64,000 bases of DNA from Candidatus Latescibacterota bacterium. Its GTDB lineage: Bacteria; Latescibacterota; UBA2968. Positions 42,943 through 52,739 of the stretch are shown here, in pieces. Position 1 is the first letter of the stretch. Every line of letters starts with the position of its first letter. Both the position numbers and the translations under genes were made by a program. The stretch covers positions 7,296,001 to 7,360,000 of the forward strand of contig OZ240241.1 in NCBI GenBank assembly GCA_965198115.1. Reading direction: 5' to 3'. The notes beneath the pieces are model-generated. The model was not told the origin of the DNA. It saw nothing but the letters and a program-made list of their open reading frames with translations, and did no database searches.

Positions 42943-44157
42943 TCAGAGCCAGTGGGCGAAAGGCCACAGGGTGGCGGAACGGGTGAAGGTCGTGTCCAAC
43001 AGCACGTCCGTTTCCTCTATCGGATCGTGACCGTATCGACGCACGAATTCCGCTTCGATCTGCTGTTCCAATTCTGTCGGCTCCCCTAGTGGCAGCGAGA
43101 CCCACTGATTTCCGCGTCGCGCGCTTTCCCGAATGGCCAGACAGAGCTCGTAGTCCTTGAGACCGTTCCGGACACCGTAGCGCGGCGACCCTCCGCGCGT
43201 GATCGCGTCGTGAAAGCCGACCAGGATGCTCGCCTTCGAGACGTCGTCGGGCGAACCAATCCGATAGGACACGTAGGGGTTTTCCCAGACAACGGGCGGA
43301 TCGGTTTCGACGCGTACCTCTTCCAGCACGCGTTCTCCCTCGATTTCGATGTAGCGTTCGACGATGTCGTAGGCATCCGATCGATTTTGTCGATACAACG
43401 TAAGCCGGTCTCCAAACAGATGACCCTTCGGTCCCTCGATCTGCCAGCCCGTCGGATAGGCGTGCTGTGTCGACGGGAAAACGCGGGGCGGTTTCTCGAA
43501 CAGGCATACGGCTCCGCCCGCGAACTCGATCACGGCGGATTCCCATTGAATCGTCGATTCCGGCTCGCCGCCGTAGGCGACATACGGTTCCGTATCGACT
43601 TCGCCGACGTAACCCAGAACGCGTGTCGCATCCCCCTCGAGTAGCGCCCGTAGGCCGCTGAATCCGTGGTATTGGCCGGTCAGATACGACAGACGGGCGT
43701 GTGAGACCTTTCCGAGCAGCCCGGTCTCGACGACACGTTGCTTGAGTTGTTCCTTTGGCCAGAGCCAGACCTGCTCGCCCACCTCCCAGAGGACGCTGTT
43801 TTCTTCGCACGTGCGCGTGATGGCGTCTGCGTATCTCCGCGTCAGCGCAACGGGGATTTCGGTGATGACGTGTGCCCCCTGCCGCGCGGCAGTGAGCGCT
43901 ATGACGATATGGGAGTCTTTCGGCGTCAGGGACAGCACGACATCCGGCTGCTCGTTGTCGAAGAGTGAGCGCGCATCCGCATAGCAGGCTCCGATCGGGA
44001 ACGTGTCCGCCACTTCAGCCAGAACGTCAGGATCGCGATCGCAGACGGCGGCCAACTCGTAGTGGTCAGTCAGCCTGGCGATGGTCGAGAGGTATTGACG
44101 GGCTCGAGCGTCCGGTGTGGTACCTACGCCGAGGACGGCGATACGTAGCTTCGTCAT
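42943..44157 (-). CDS. Gfo/Idh/MocA oxidoreductase
   Basis: LRIAVLGVG, AVCDRD and HVITEIP (EKP variant). Confidence 0.85.
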   Translation of the reverse strand: MTKLRIAVLGVGTTPDARARQYLSTIARLTDHYELAAVCDRDPDVLAEVADTFPIGACYADARSLFDNEQPDVVLSLTPKDSHIVIALTAARQGAHVITEIPVALTRRYADAITRTCEENSVLWEVGEQVWLWPKEQLKQRVVETGLLGKVSHARLSYLTGQYHGFSGLRALLEGDATRVLGYVGEVDTEPYVAYGGEPESTIQWESAVIEFAGGAVCLFEKPPRVFPSTQHAYPTGWQIEGPKGHLFGDRLTLYRQNRSDAYDIVERYIEIEGERVLEEVRVETDPPVVWENPYVSYRIGSPDDVSKASILVGFHDAITRGGSPRYGVRNGLKDYELCLAIRESARRGNQWVSLPLGEPTELEQQIEAEFVRRYGHDPIEETDVLLDTTFTRSATLWPFAHWL

Positions 44158-44271
44158 CGGACTGCACGGCCTCCTCTCTTTACGATTCGTAAGGTTGTTA
44201 GAAACCGCTGGCCAGTTGGATCGGACTCAGGGCATATTGGTCGTTCCGGTAATCAACGCGGGAGCCCTGCA

Positions 44272-46284
44272 ATGTCGATTCAAGTGAATCCTCAAAACCT
44301 TCCTTTGGAAGACGAGCAGCCGGAGGCGGCTGCGACCATCACGACCCGATCTTTGCTTGTTGGTTTGGCGATGGCTGTGTGCGTCGGTCTCTGGCCGGCC
44401 TATTCCGACCTCGTTCTCCACTCTACACGCGCCGACCACGCCCACCTTTCGATGGCGATGCTCATCCCCTTCGTCTTCCTGCTGCTGGTCAACATTCCGC
44501 TGGAGCGCTGGGGCGTCGGTTTCTCACCATCAGAACTGATTACCATCTGCTGCATCGGTCTGGTGGCGTCGTGTATGCAGGGGGAGTGGCTTTCCAACAA
44601 TTTTCTGGAAATGCTCTCCATGCCGTATTACTTCGCCTCGCCCGAAAATCGCTTTGAAGAGCTGCTTCTGCCCCATCTGCCCACGTGGACAACCGTATCC
44701 GATCGACAGGCTGTGACCGGCTTTTTCGAGGGGCTGCTTCCCGGCGATCCCTTCCCCTGGCGCCACTGGATCTCGCCGCTGTTCTGGTGGTTCGCATTGA
44801 TCGGCGCCATCCTGACGATCAACCTCTGCCTGAGCGTTCTTCTTCGCAAGCAGTGGACGCAATACGAACGTCTCGCCTTTCCGGTTGCGACCGCCCTTCT
44901 GGAGTTGACGGGGGTCTCCGGCACCCGAGGCACGCTCTCGACTCTGGCTCGCAATAAGCTCTTTCGGATGGGATTCGTCATCACGTTGGCGATCATCTGC
45001 TGGAACATCTTTACGTGGTTCACGGTCAATGTGCCGATGACGCCGATTCTGAGTGGCCGACATTCCCGCGGGATCATCCCGACGGCGCCGGGGTTTCCGA
45101 GCATTGTGACGACGTTCGTCCTGCTCAATTTCACGCTGGGATACTTTACCAAGTTGGAGGTGCTTTTCAGTCTGTGGTTCTTCCACCTCCTGGCCGGCAT
45201 CCAGCGAGGAATCCTTCATCGCGTCGGTCTGGACGTCGGCCCATCGGATCCGTGGGCTTCCGGTCATCCGGTCATCGGTTGGCAGACTTTCGGGGGCATG
45301 GTTGTTTTTGTCTGCTGGGGGTTCTGGATCGCCCGGTCTCACTTCCGGGATGTTTTTCGCAAGGTGTTTTTGGGCGATGAGCGTGTGGATGACTCGGAAG
45401 AGCTGATGTCCTACCGGACGACCGTCTGGCTGTTGATTGGATGTACCGCGTTTGTCTTTTTCTGGCTTCACCTGGCTGGCATGGGATGGGGACCGGTCCT
45501 GGCCTTCTGCTTTTCCACGCTGATCATCTACATTGGCGTGGCGCGGATCCTGGCCGAAAGTGGGCTCGTCTACCTTCGCGGTCCCATTACGCCACAGGCT
45601 TTCACGTGGCACACGTTCGGTATCGCGGGTCTGGGTCCCGCTGGCGCCGCTGTCCTGACACTTACGAACGCTTTTGTGAGTGAAGGAAAGACCTTCGCGA
45701 TTACGCAGATGGCACACGTTCCCCGGCTGGGGATGGCCATGGCACGTCGGAGTCGGAGAATTCTGGCACCGGCCGTCCTGCTCGGGTGCGGGATTGGTCT
45801 TGCGGCCGTCGTCGCGTTTACGCTCTACCAGGGCTACCACGGGATGGGCAGTTATAACTTCGGCACGCACAGCTTCAAAGGAATCGGTGTCAAGAACGCG
45901 GCCGGATTCAGCCGCCTGGCTGTCGGACGCATTCAGGAAGGCGTTTCGGGCACGGATGGATATCGACTGCTTTTCATGGGTATGGGAGGTGCCTTTGTTG
46001 CCCTGGTCTATTTCCTGAGATACCGATTTCCCGGTTTTCCCATCAACCCCATCGGATATCCCATCTGTGCGATGGTGGACATGCAGGACACCGTGGTCAC
46101 CATTTTCGGCATCTGGTTCATCAAGAGCATCATTCTCAAGGTGGGTGGCCTGGAGAGCTATCGTCGTGCTGCGCCCTTTTTCCTGGGCATGATGATGGGC
46201 TACATCACAGGCGTTGCCTTCGGCGTGATCGCGGACTTCTTCTGGTTCCCGGGGATGGGCCACGAGATTCACGCCGATCCCTGA
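44272..46284 (+). CDS. Polytopic membrane protein, DUF6785/DUF6784 (putative peptide-transporter-like)
   Basis: Many TMs; LRKQW..ERLAFP, EELMSYR, RILAESG and K.GG..YR.A.PFFLG motifs. Confidence 0.8.
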   Translation: MSIQVNPQNLPLEDEQPEAAATITTRSLLVGLAMAVCVGLWPAYSDLVLHSTRADHAHLSMAMLIPFVFLLLVNIPLERWGVGFSPSELITICCIGLVASCMQGEWLSNNFLEMLSMPYYFASPENRFEELLLPHLPTWTTVSDRQAVTGFFEGLLPGDPFPWRHWISPLFWWFALIGAILTINLCLSVLLRKQWTQYERLAFPVATALLELTGVSGTRGTLSTLARNKLFRMGFVITLAIICWNIFTWFTVNVPMTPILSGRHSRGIIPTAPGFPSIVTTFVLLNFTLGYFTKLEVLFSLWFFHLLAGIQRGILHRVGLDVGPSDPWASGHPVIGWQTFGGMVVFVCWGFWIARSHFRDVFRKVFLGDERVDDSEELMSYRTTVWLLIGCTAFVFFWLHLAGMGWGPVLAFCFSTLIIYIGVARILAESGLVYLRGPITPQAFTWHTFGIAGLGPAGAAVLTLTNAFVSEGKTFAITQMAHVPRLGMAMARRSRRILAPAVLLGCGIGLAAVVAFTLYQGYHGMGSYNFGTHSFKGIGVKNAAGFSRLAVGRIQEGVSGTDGYRLLFMGMGGAFVALVYFLRYRFPGFPINPIGYPICAMVDMQDTVVTIFGIWFIKSIILKVGGLESYRRAAPFFLGMMMGYITGVAFGVIADFFWFPGMGHEIHADP

Positions 46285-46304
46285 GATCTCGACGCGAAGC
46301 GAAA

Positions 46305-47408
46305 CTACAGCATCTGAGCCCTCAGCCGATCCTCATCGATTTCCATGCCCAATCCCGGGCCGTCGGGGACGACGATGTGCCCTTCCTCGTACCGAACCTT
46401 TTCCTTCACCACCTGCTCCTGGTAGACGAGCGGACCGGCAGGATAACACGGCAAATCGACGTTGGGCATCGCGGCCAAGAAGTGCGCTCTGGCGGCCGTT
46501 CCGATGGATAGCTCGACTGTGCTGCCGTGAAGCACTTTGATGCCGAACATTTCACCGAGTGCGAAGATTTTGACACACTCGGTGATCCCATCCCAGTCGA
46601 CGCCCACGTTGAAAATATCGACCGCGTTGTTGCGCGCAAGGCCGACACCGATCGCCGTGCTGCCGACGTGTTCGCTGATCGGCACGTCGACCGCTTCCTT
46701 GACCCTCATAAAGTCTTCCGGCGGAGCGAAGTGTCTGCCCTTCACGGGAGACTCGAACAGATTCGGGCCGTAGTGGGCGAAGCGCTTGATGACTTCGATG
46801 CCCTCCTCGATTTCGAACCGACCGCTCATATCCATGGCGTTGATCAGGACGTCCTGGCCCCACCGTCGCCGCAGTTCGGTCAGGAAGTAATCGTCCATAT
46901 CCAGATTCGCGCCAAAGTAATAGCGGATCGTCGGGTGCCCTTCTTCGAGACGGCGCTCAACGCGACCCAGGTTCGCTTCTGCATCCGGCTTCGTTCTCGC
47001 CGCCCCGAGGGGATAGGCGAACGGGATCCGGTCCCTGTATTTCCCGCCGAGCAGTTGATGCACGGGAATATCAAGCGCTTTCCCCATTGCGTCGTACATC
47101 GAGATCTCGATGCCGCAAATGACCTGATGATCCCATTCCTGCTTCTTGAGGTCGACGAGGATTGCGGTGCGGTCGAATGGACTCCGCCCAACCAGAATAG
47201 GTTCGAGTCGGGTGTGCAGCTTTTTCACGTAATCGGGCGTCGGGTCGAAGGGGACGTCCGACATCTCGCCCAGTCCGACGATGTCGGCATCGGTGTGGAG
47301 CCGAACGATCACGTGCTCGGAAACCGACTTCTCGGGGTCGGACGGGCACGTTTTGCCCATCTCACGGGTTGAGAAGATAGGAATGAGTTCAAGATTTGTG
47401 ATTTTCAT
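46305..47408 (-). CDS. Enolase superfamily (MLE-like) enzyme
   Basis: GLGE, DAMGK...PVHQLLGG, ESP, GSTVELSIGTAA and VPDGPGLG. Confidence 0.88.
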   Translation of the reverse strand: MKITNLELIPIFSTREMGKTCPSDPEKSVSEHVIVRLHTDADIVGLGEMSDVPFDPTPDYVKKLHTRLEPILVGRSPFDRTAILVDLKKQEWDHQVICGIEISMYDAMGKALDIPVHQLLGGKYRDRIPFAYPLGAARTKPDAEANLGRVERRLEEGHPTIRYYFGANLDMDDYFLTELRRRWGQDVLINAMDMSGRFEIEEGIEVIKRFAHYGPNLFESPVKGRHFAPPEDFMRVKEAVDVPISEHVGSTAIGVGLARNNAVDIFNVGVDWDGITECVKIFALGEMFGIKVLHGSTVELSIGTAARAHFLAAMPNVDLPCYPAGPLVYQEQVVKEKVRYEEGHIVVPDGPGLGMEIDEDRLRAQML

Positions 47409-47477
47409 GGGAGCCTCCAGGCAATGGACAACAACGAGTGCCGAATTCCGAGTAGGGAGTGACGAGTGATGAGGGGT

Positions 47478-49112
47478 CTATTTAACGATCGGCAAGACGA
47501 GGTACGATGGATTCTCCCGATCGTGGAAGATCGCTTGGTCGGCGGTGACGTAGTCCGCGTTTCGCTCGTTGTCACCGCCTGTGTTCAGGTTCCGGCTGAG
47601 GCGCGGGAAATTACTGCTGCTGACGGCGAGGGCGATGCAGTGCCCGGGCTGAAACTCGTTGCTGGTCGACCAGAGGTCGATTTCGAACCGGACCGGTTCG
47701 CCGGGTGTCAGTAGCTCGGTCCGGTCCATTCCGTCCCGGTAGCGGGCACGTACGACGCCGTCGGACAAGAGACGGGCGTTGCCATCCGGCGCGATGTCCA
47801 TCAGCTTCGCCGTAAAGTCGGTGTCGACGGCGGAAGACGATCCGAAAAGGACCAACTTCAGTGGGCCGGTAACTTCCAGAGGAGCGCTGAAAGGTTCACT
47901 TGCGTAGACGAGCACGTCGTCACGGTATAGGGTGATCTGCTGGTCTCTCGGGCCGCGTCGCATCGGGAGGACCCTGGCTGGTCCCGAATTGGCACCACCC
48001 CACGTGGGGACGGGGTTCGCCGGGTCGTAGGTGAAGTGGTCGGGCGGTTCATCCCCGGGCTCGTCCGTCGTCAGCGTTCCGCGTACCCACCCTCCGTGGA
48101 CGTTCCCCTCGCTGTGCAGGTAGAATTTCGTTTCTACAGCACGGTCGAGCGGCCACGACGTCTCGTCACGCCACTCGTTTCTGCCCATCACGAAGATCTG
48201 GACGCGAGGCGGAGTCTGGGCCGATTCGTTTTCCTTCACGTGGCGATCGAAGAAGGCAAGATCCGCGGCATGATGGTCTCGCCTGGAGCCGGGCCCGAAA
48301 TCGTAGTCGGGTATGATGTCGGGATCGCAACTGTGGTCCCAGGGTCCGATGACGAGGTGGGTATTCTGCTTCTGTTCCTCGGTTCCGTGCGTCATCGTGT
48401 GCGTGAAAAAGTCGATCGGCCCGGTCCCGCAGTGATCGTACCAGCCTGTGACCATCAGGTTGGGGGTTTTCAGGCTTTCAAACTGCTCTGGATCCACCTG
48501 GGTGAAGTAGTTCTGGTGCGGGGAGGTGAGGACATCGTGGTAGAGCTCGACCGGGCCACCGAGGTCGTCCAGGATGCTTGTCGCGGGGAGTTTGCCGAGG
48601 TGGGGGAGCCAGTCGGTCTCCTCGTAGGACCGCAGCTCGGGCCCGCTCTGCGCGTAGAAGTACCACATCGGGATTTGGTGAAGCATGAAGGACCCACCGA
48701 GTCGACTGAACATGCCGTAGGGCAGCACCTGAGGGCACATTGCACGATGCGCGGGATGGGCGAGGAAGGCCGTTGCCGACTGAACGCGCGCGAGGGCCGA
48801 GCCGCCAAACGTACCGATTCGACCGTTGCACCAGTCCTGCCCGACCATCCATTCCATCGTGTCGTAGCCATCTTCGGGGAAATCGTGGCGACCGGTCGGC
48901 CCGCCTTCCGACTTGTGACGTCCGCGCACGTTCTGCGCGAGGACGGCGTAACCCTCCTCGACGAAGGCCTCGCAACGATCGGTGACGCGATCCGTCCCAT
49001 ACATACATCGGACCATCAGGCTCGAGAACGGTCCATTGCCCTCAGGCAGGTAAACAAAGCTTTGCAAACGAATGCCGTCCCGCGTGGGGATCATAACTTC
49101 CTGAGGGCTCAT
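47478..49112 (-). CDS. CocE/NonD family hydrolase
   Basis: IPTRDG, RGRHKSEG, GGSA (nucleophile), TGWYD, IGPWDH, FTYDP and SSSNFPR. Confidence 0.92.
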   Translation of the reverse strand: MSPQEVMIPTRDGIRLQSFVYLPEGNGPFSSLMVRCMYGTDRVTDRCEAFVEEGYAVLAQNVRGRHKSEGGPTGRHDFPEDGYDTMEWMVGQDWCNGRIGTFGGSALARVQSATAFLAHPAHRAMCPQVLPYGMFSRLGGSFMLHQIPMWYFYAQSGPELRSYEETDWLPHLGKLPATSILDDLGGPVELYHDVLTSPHQNYFTQVDPEQFESLKTPNLMVTGWYDHCGTGPIDFFTHTMTHGTEEQKQNTHLVIGPWDHSCDPDIIPDYDFGPGSRRDHHAADLAFFDRHVKENESAQTPPRVQIFVMGRNEWRDETSWPLDRAVETKFYLHSEGNVHGGWVRGTLTTDEPGDEPPDHFTYDPANPVPTWGGANSGPARVLPMRRGPRDQQITLYRDDVLVYASEPFSAPLEVTGPLKLVLFGSSSAVDTDFTAKLMDIAPDGNARLLSDGVVRARYRDGMDRTELLTPGEPVRFEIDLWSTSNEFQPGHCIALAVSSSNFPRLSRNLNTGGDNERNADYVTADQAIFHDRENPSYLVLPIVK

Positions 49113-49266
49113 ACGGAATCAGTCCTTGCTTACAAGATTCCCGGCGTCAGTTCGAGCGCGAGTCGAGAACTCGCCCCTGGCCCTACTTGGAACGACTTCT
49201 CGGCGGAGTCTATCCCGAACGAAGTCAAGAGGCAGTGATGTTGCTATATGCCTGTTAGACAGAGCA

Positions 49267-50274
49267 CTACAGTTCTAGAATCTGTACCCACATAGGCTTC
49301 TCGCCGAGGGGATAGGTCTTCAGCGGCGCCAAACCGCCGTCTTCCTCGATCCGATAGGACGCGAGCGTGTCCGATCCTTGACCGGCGGCGTAGAGAAACG
49401 AATCTGTCGGGTCGATGTTGAAGACACGAGGTGTCGGTTCGGTCGGCGTCTGGCCGAGGGCGGTGACGGCGCCCGTGTTCTGGTCGATCGCGAATCCGGC
49501 GATGCTGTCGTGCCCTCTGTTGGTCAGGTAGACGAACTTTCCGGACGAGGTGATCCGGATCTGGGCATTCGAGTTCTTTCCGTCGTAGCCGTCAGGCAGC
49601 GTAGAAACGGTCTGAAACGCCTCGAGCGTCCCGGCCGAGACATCCAGGTTGTAAGCCGTGACGGCCGAGCCCTGCTCGTTCGACGTATAAAGCACGTCCA
49701 GGTTGGGATGGTAACAGTAGTGACGCGGCCCCTGGCCAGGATAGCCATCCACCTTCGGGACATCATTCGGGGTCAGCTTGCCAGTCGCCTCATCGAACAG
49801 GAACTGGTAGATCGCGTTGGAGTCCTGAACGTGAGGGAGAAAATAGAACCGATTCGAAGGATGGGTCATCACGCAATGGGCGCCGAGCAGGGTGTGGGTC
49901 CAATCCGGTGGTCCTGTCGCGATCCGGTCATTCCCGATCGGATGCACGCCGATTCGCCGTCCCTGATAATGCGCTGAAAGAACCCACTTTCCACCCCTGT
50001 CGACGGCAATACAGCAGGGATCTACTTCCAAGGGCGCGGGACTCCCTCGAAGCGACAGCTCGCCCGAGCTGCTATCGATCTGCAGGGTCGCGAGTCCTGG
50101 CTCCGCACGCAGACCCACATACATGAACGCCTGGTCGGTGCTCACAGCCAGATTTGACGGCCCACCTGCGATCGCGGTTTCCCGAAGCAGATCCAACTCT
50201 CCGGATGCGGGGTCCATCGAATAGGTGAGGATCTTGTGTTCACCGGCGATCACGACATACGCGTAATAGGCCAT
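49267..50274 (-). CDS. Lactonase, 7-bladed propeller (Pgl/YbhE-like)
   Basis: AHCV, GPRH..HP, LYTSNE, TNRGHDSI, TPR.F and PMWV motifs. Confidence 0.9.
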   Translation of the reverse strand: MAYYAYVVIAGEHKILTYSMDPASGELDLLRETAIAGGPSNLAVSTDQAFMYVGLRAEPGLATLQIDSSSGELSLRGSPAPLEVDPCCIAVDRGGKWVLSAHYQGRRIGVHPIGNDRIATGPPDWTHTLLGAHCVMTHPSNRFYFLPHVQDSNAIYQFLFDEATGKLTPNDVPKVDGYPGQGPRHYCYHPNLDVLYTSNEQGSAVTAYNLDVSAGTLEAFQTVSTLPDGYDGKNSNAQIRITSSGKFVYLTNRGHDSIAGFAIDQNTGAVTALGQTPTEPTPRVFNIDPTDSFLYAAGQGSDTLASYRIEEDGGLAPLKTYPLGEKPMWVQILEL

Positions 50275-50344
50275 CCATTTTCCTCACGAAGGAAAAGCGC
50301 CACTGAGGACACTGACTGCCAGCCGATTTGCGATCGACAAAGGA

Positions 50345-50372
50345 GTCCCCGTGCGGAGCACGGGGACGAGCG
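50345..50372. repeat. Palindromic repeat, copy 1
   Basis: GTCCCCGTGC-GGA-GCACGGGGAC-GAGCG. Confidence 0.75.
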
Positions 50373-50480
50373 CGGCGCTTTGTAAAAGAATGAGTAATGC
50401 GCTTCGCTCGCCCCTGGGCTCTGCCGGGGCACTGTGTGCTGACGAATGGTTGATGTGGCTCCCTGGAACGACTCTACGAA

Positions 50481-51356
50481 TCATCCCCCAACAATCTGTG
50501 GTGACGCGTAAAGCTCTGGTCGTGCCTCGTTCGCAGTAAAGCAACCCGATGATCGCGCTGCCTCGATGAAATCTCTCGAGACTTCGGTCACAATCATGCC
50601 TTCCAGCGGCGCGTGCTCGTCGATGAACTGGCCGTTCGGATCGATCGCGAAGGCGAGCCCCGGGAACCAGGCGTTGCCGCTCTTTCCTGCCTGGTTGGCG
50701 TAGAAAATGTAGAGCGCATTGTCCACGGCCCTGGCAGGCAGGACCTGTGCGGCGAGTTGTCGATGCTCAGTGGCCTGTTCGGTCTGATCGCCGTCCGGAG
50801 AGACGTTGTCAGCACGGCCGCTCGCACCCACGGCGAGCAGGAAGAAATCCGCACCCTCCTTTGCAGCGGTTCTGAAGATTTCGGGAAACCTCAAGTCGTA
50901 GCAGATCCCCACGCCGAAGGTCCAGCCCTGCGATGTCACGACGGGGAGCTGGCTCCCTGGCTCGAACCATGTCCTCTCGGTTTCATTCGGGATGTGCAGT
51001 TTGGTGAAGGTCGCGAGGTAGCCATTGGGACCGACGATGTAGGCACTGTTTCGATAGCGCTCACCCGCCGGCTCGATCGTACCGACGATGAGGGTCATGT
51101 CGAGCTCACGGCAGAGCGATTCGAGGAAAGAGACTGAATGCTCGGCCGCACTCTCGGCGATCCGCATCGCCTCTTCTGCGGCTATGTCCGATTTGTTCAT
51201 CGAACCCGTGATGCACTCTTCTGGAAAGAGCGCGAACGTGGCACCCTGCTTCTGCGCTTCCCTCGACCACTCTGCAATGCGGTCGAGATTGGTCTTGGGA
51301 TCGCCCATGGCGCTGTGCATGGCGATCGATGCTACGCGAGTTGTTGTGCTACTCAT
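50481..51356 (-). CDS. Carbon-nitrogen hydrolase (nitrilase family)
   Basis: FPE, KLH and GICYDLRFPE catalytic triad motifs. Confidence 0.92.
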   Translation of the reverse strand: MSSTTTRVASIAMHSAMGDPKTNLDRIAEWSREAQKQGATFALFPEECITGSMNKSDIAAEEAMRIAESAAEHSVSFLESLCRELDMTLIVGTIEPAGERYRNSAYIVGPNGYLATFTKLHIPNETERTWFEPGSQLPVVTSQGWTFGVGICYDLRFPEIFRTAAKEGADFFLLAVGASGRADNVSPDGDQTEQATEHRQLAAQVLPARAVDNALYIFYANQAGKSGNAWFPGLAFAIDPNGQFIDEHAPLEGMIVTEVSRDFIEAARSSGCFTANEARPELYASPQIVGG

Positions 51357-51438
51357 AGAAGTCTCTTTTGATTGAGAACACTCACTCGCGCCGTCACACT
51401 GAGCGGAGTCGAAGTGCGGGTCATCACCATTCCTTTTT

Positions 51439-51467
51439 CGTCCCCGTGCTGAGCACGGGGACGAGCG
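51439..51467. repeat. Palindromic repeat, copy 2
   Basis: CGTCCCCGTGCT-G-AGCACGGGGACG-AGCG. Confidence 0.75.
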
Positions 51468-51518
51468 ACCTTCCTCGATCATAGTGGATGGTGTGGAGGA
51501 GCCCACCATCAGATGTGC

Positions 51519-52724
51519 TCACCCCGCGTCCGGACGCTTGATAAACCTCTCCCCACCCTTCAACCAATTGCCGGCGTGGATGCCCGGGTTGAATTCGTAG
51601 AGAGATTCTAAACCTTCGAGTGTCTCAAGACTCCCAATCTCTCGGAATACGTCTTCACCAGGGTCGTGCAGGTTGAATGTGTAGATACCCGAGACGCCAG
51701 CCTCCCAAGCGTTGGCCGCTTCTCCGCGCCAGATCGGGCCGAATAACGGATGTCCGCGCGCCATCCATCCGCCGGTTTCCTTGAGTGATTCAGGGTCGAG
51801 GAAGCTGCTTCGCTTCAGGCGAGAGGCGCTGATGCACGCATAGGTGGGCACGTCGTGACGCTTGCCCAGCTCTGCCCAGTTCTCCCACGGTTCCAGATGG
51901 TCGTAGCCGCCGCCGGCGACGATATCCACCAGATCTTCTGTCATCCAGCGCTCGATGTCGAAACCGATGGCTTTGGAATAGCCGACCGAGTCGAAGACGC
52001 GAACGACAATCAACAATGGGCGGCCCCGTTGCCGATCGACTTCGTCCGTCATACGCCGAACACGGGTGAGGAGATCGGTCATAAGGTCGCAGTGATCCTG
52101 GGTGACGGGGTCACCGGTCATCTGGGGACGAAAGTAATGGGGGTGGCGATAGAAATCGAGGTCGATGCCGTCGACGTCGTAATTCGTGCAGATGTCTTCG
52201 ATGACGCGAAACACTTTTTCTCGAACGAGGTCCTTCCCGTAGTCGAGACCCGACCACCTTCCACCTCCGTAGGGAGGAACCTCACCTGGTTTACCGAGGA
52301 GACAATCGGGGTGATCCTTCTTCCACTGGGGGAAAAATTCGGGTCGCTTGGCGTCGTGTGTGTCATTCATTCGAAACGACCGGAAAATTTCTATCCCGTT
52401 TGCGCGGCCGAAGTCGATCTTGAGCTGCAGGCCATCGTAACCCTGATCTTTCAGCGCCTTCGCCCAGTCGTGGACGGGTCCGCCCCCCAGGGACAGGTCG
52501 TACGATTCCCGATCCGGGTCGAGCTCGAAGAATTCTCCGGCCGTATTGTCGAGGATGGCGTCGACCTGAGATCCACCGAGAGGCCCGACCCGATACTTGA
52601 GGAAATTCTCGGGCGTCCTCGGCTCATCGTCCGGTGTCCGGGTCGTATCACCGCCGTCCGTGTTCATGAGGATGCGGCGAGGTCGGCGGGCTTCGCGTCG
52701 TCTTTGTTCGATGAACTCATCCAT
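51519..52724 (-). CDS. GHL10-like TIM-barrel protein
   Basis: SFRMNDTH, YDVDGIDLDF.R and GVSGIYTFN motifs. Confidence 0.7.
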   Translation of the reverse strand: MDEFIEQRRREARRPRRILMNTDGGDTTRTPDDEPRTPENFLKYRVGPLGGSQVDAILDNTAGEFFELDPDRESYDLSLGGGPVHDWAKALKDQGYDGLQLKIDFGRANGIEIFRSFRMNDTHDAKRPEFFPQWKKDHPDCLLGKPGEVPPYGGGRWSGLDYGKDLVREKVFRVIEDICTNYDVDGIDLDFYRHPHYFRPQMTGDPVTQDHCDLMTDLLTRVRRMTDEVDRQRGRPLLIVVRVFDSVGYSKAIGFDIERWMTEDLVDIVAGGGYDHLEPWENWAELGKRHDVPTYACISASRLKRSSFLDPESLKETGGWMARGHPLFGPIWRGEAANAWEAGVSGIYTFNLHDPGEDVFREIGSLETLEGLESLYEFNPGIHAGNWLKGGERFIKRPDAG

Positions 52725-52739
52725 GACAGACAGGAATCC

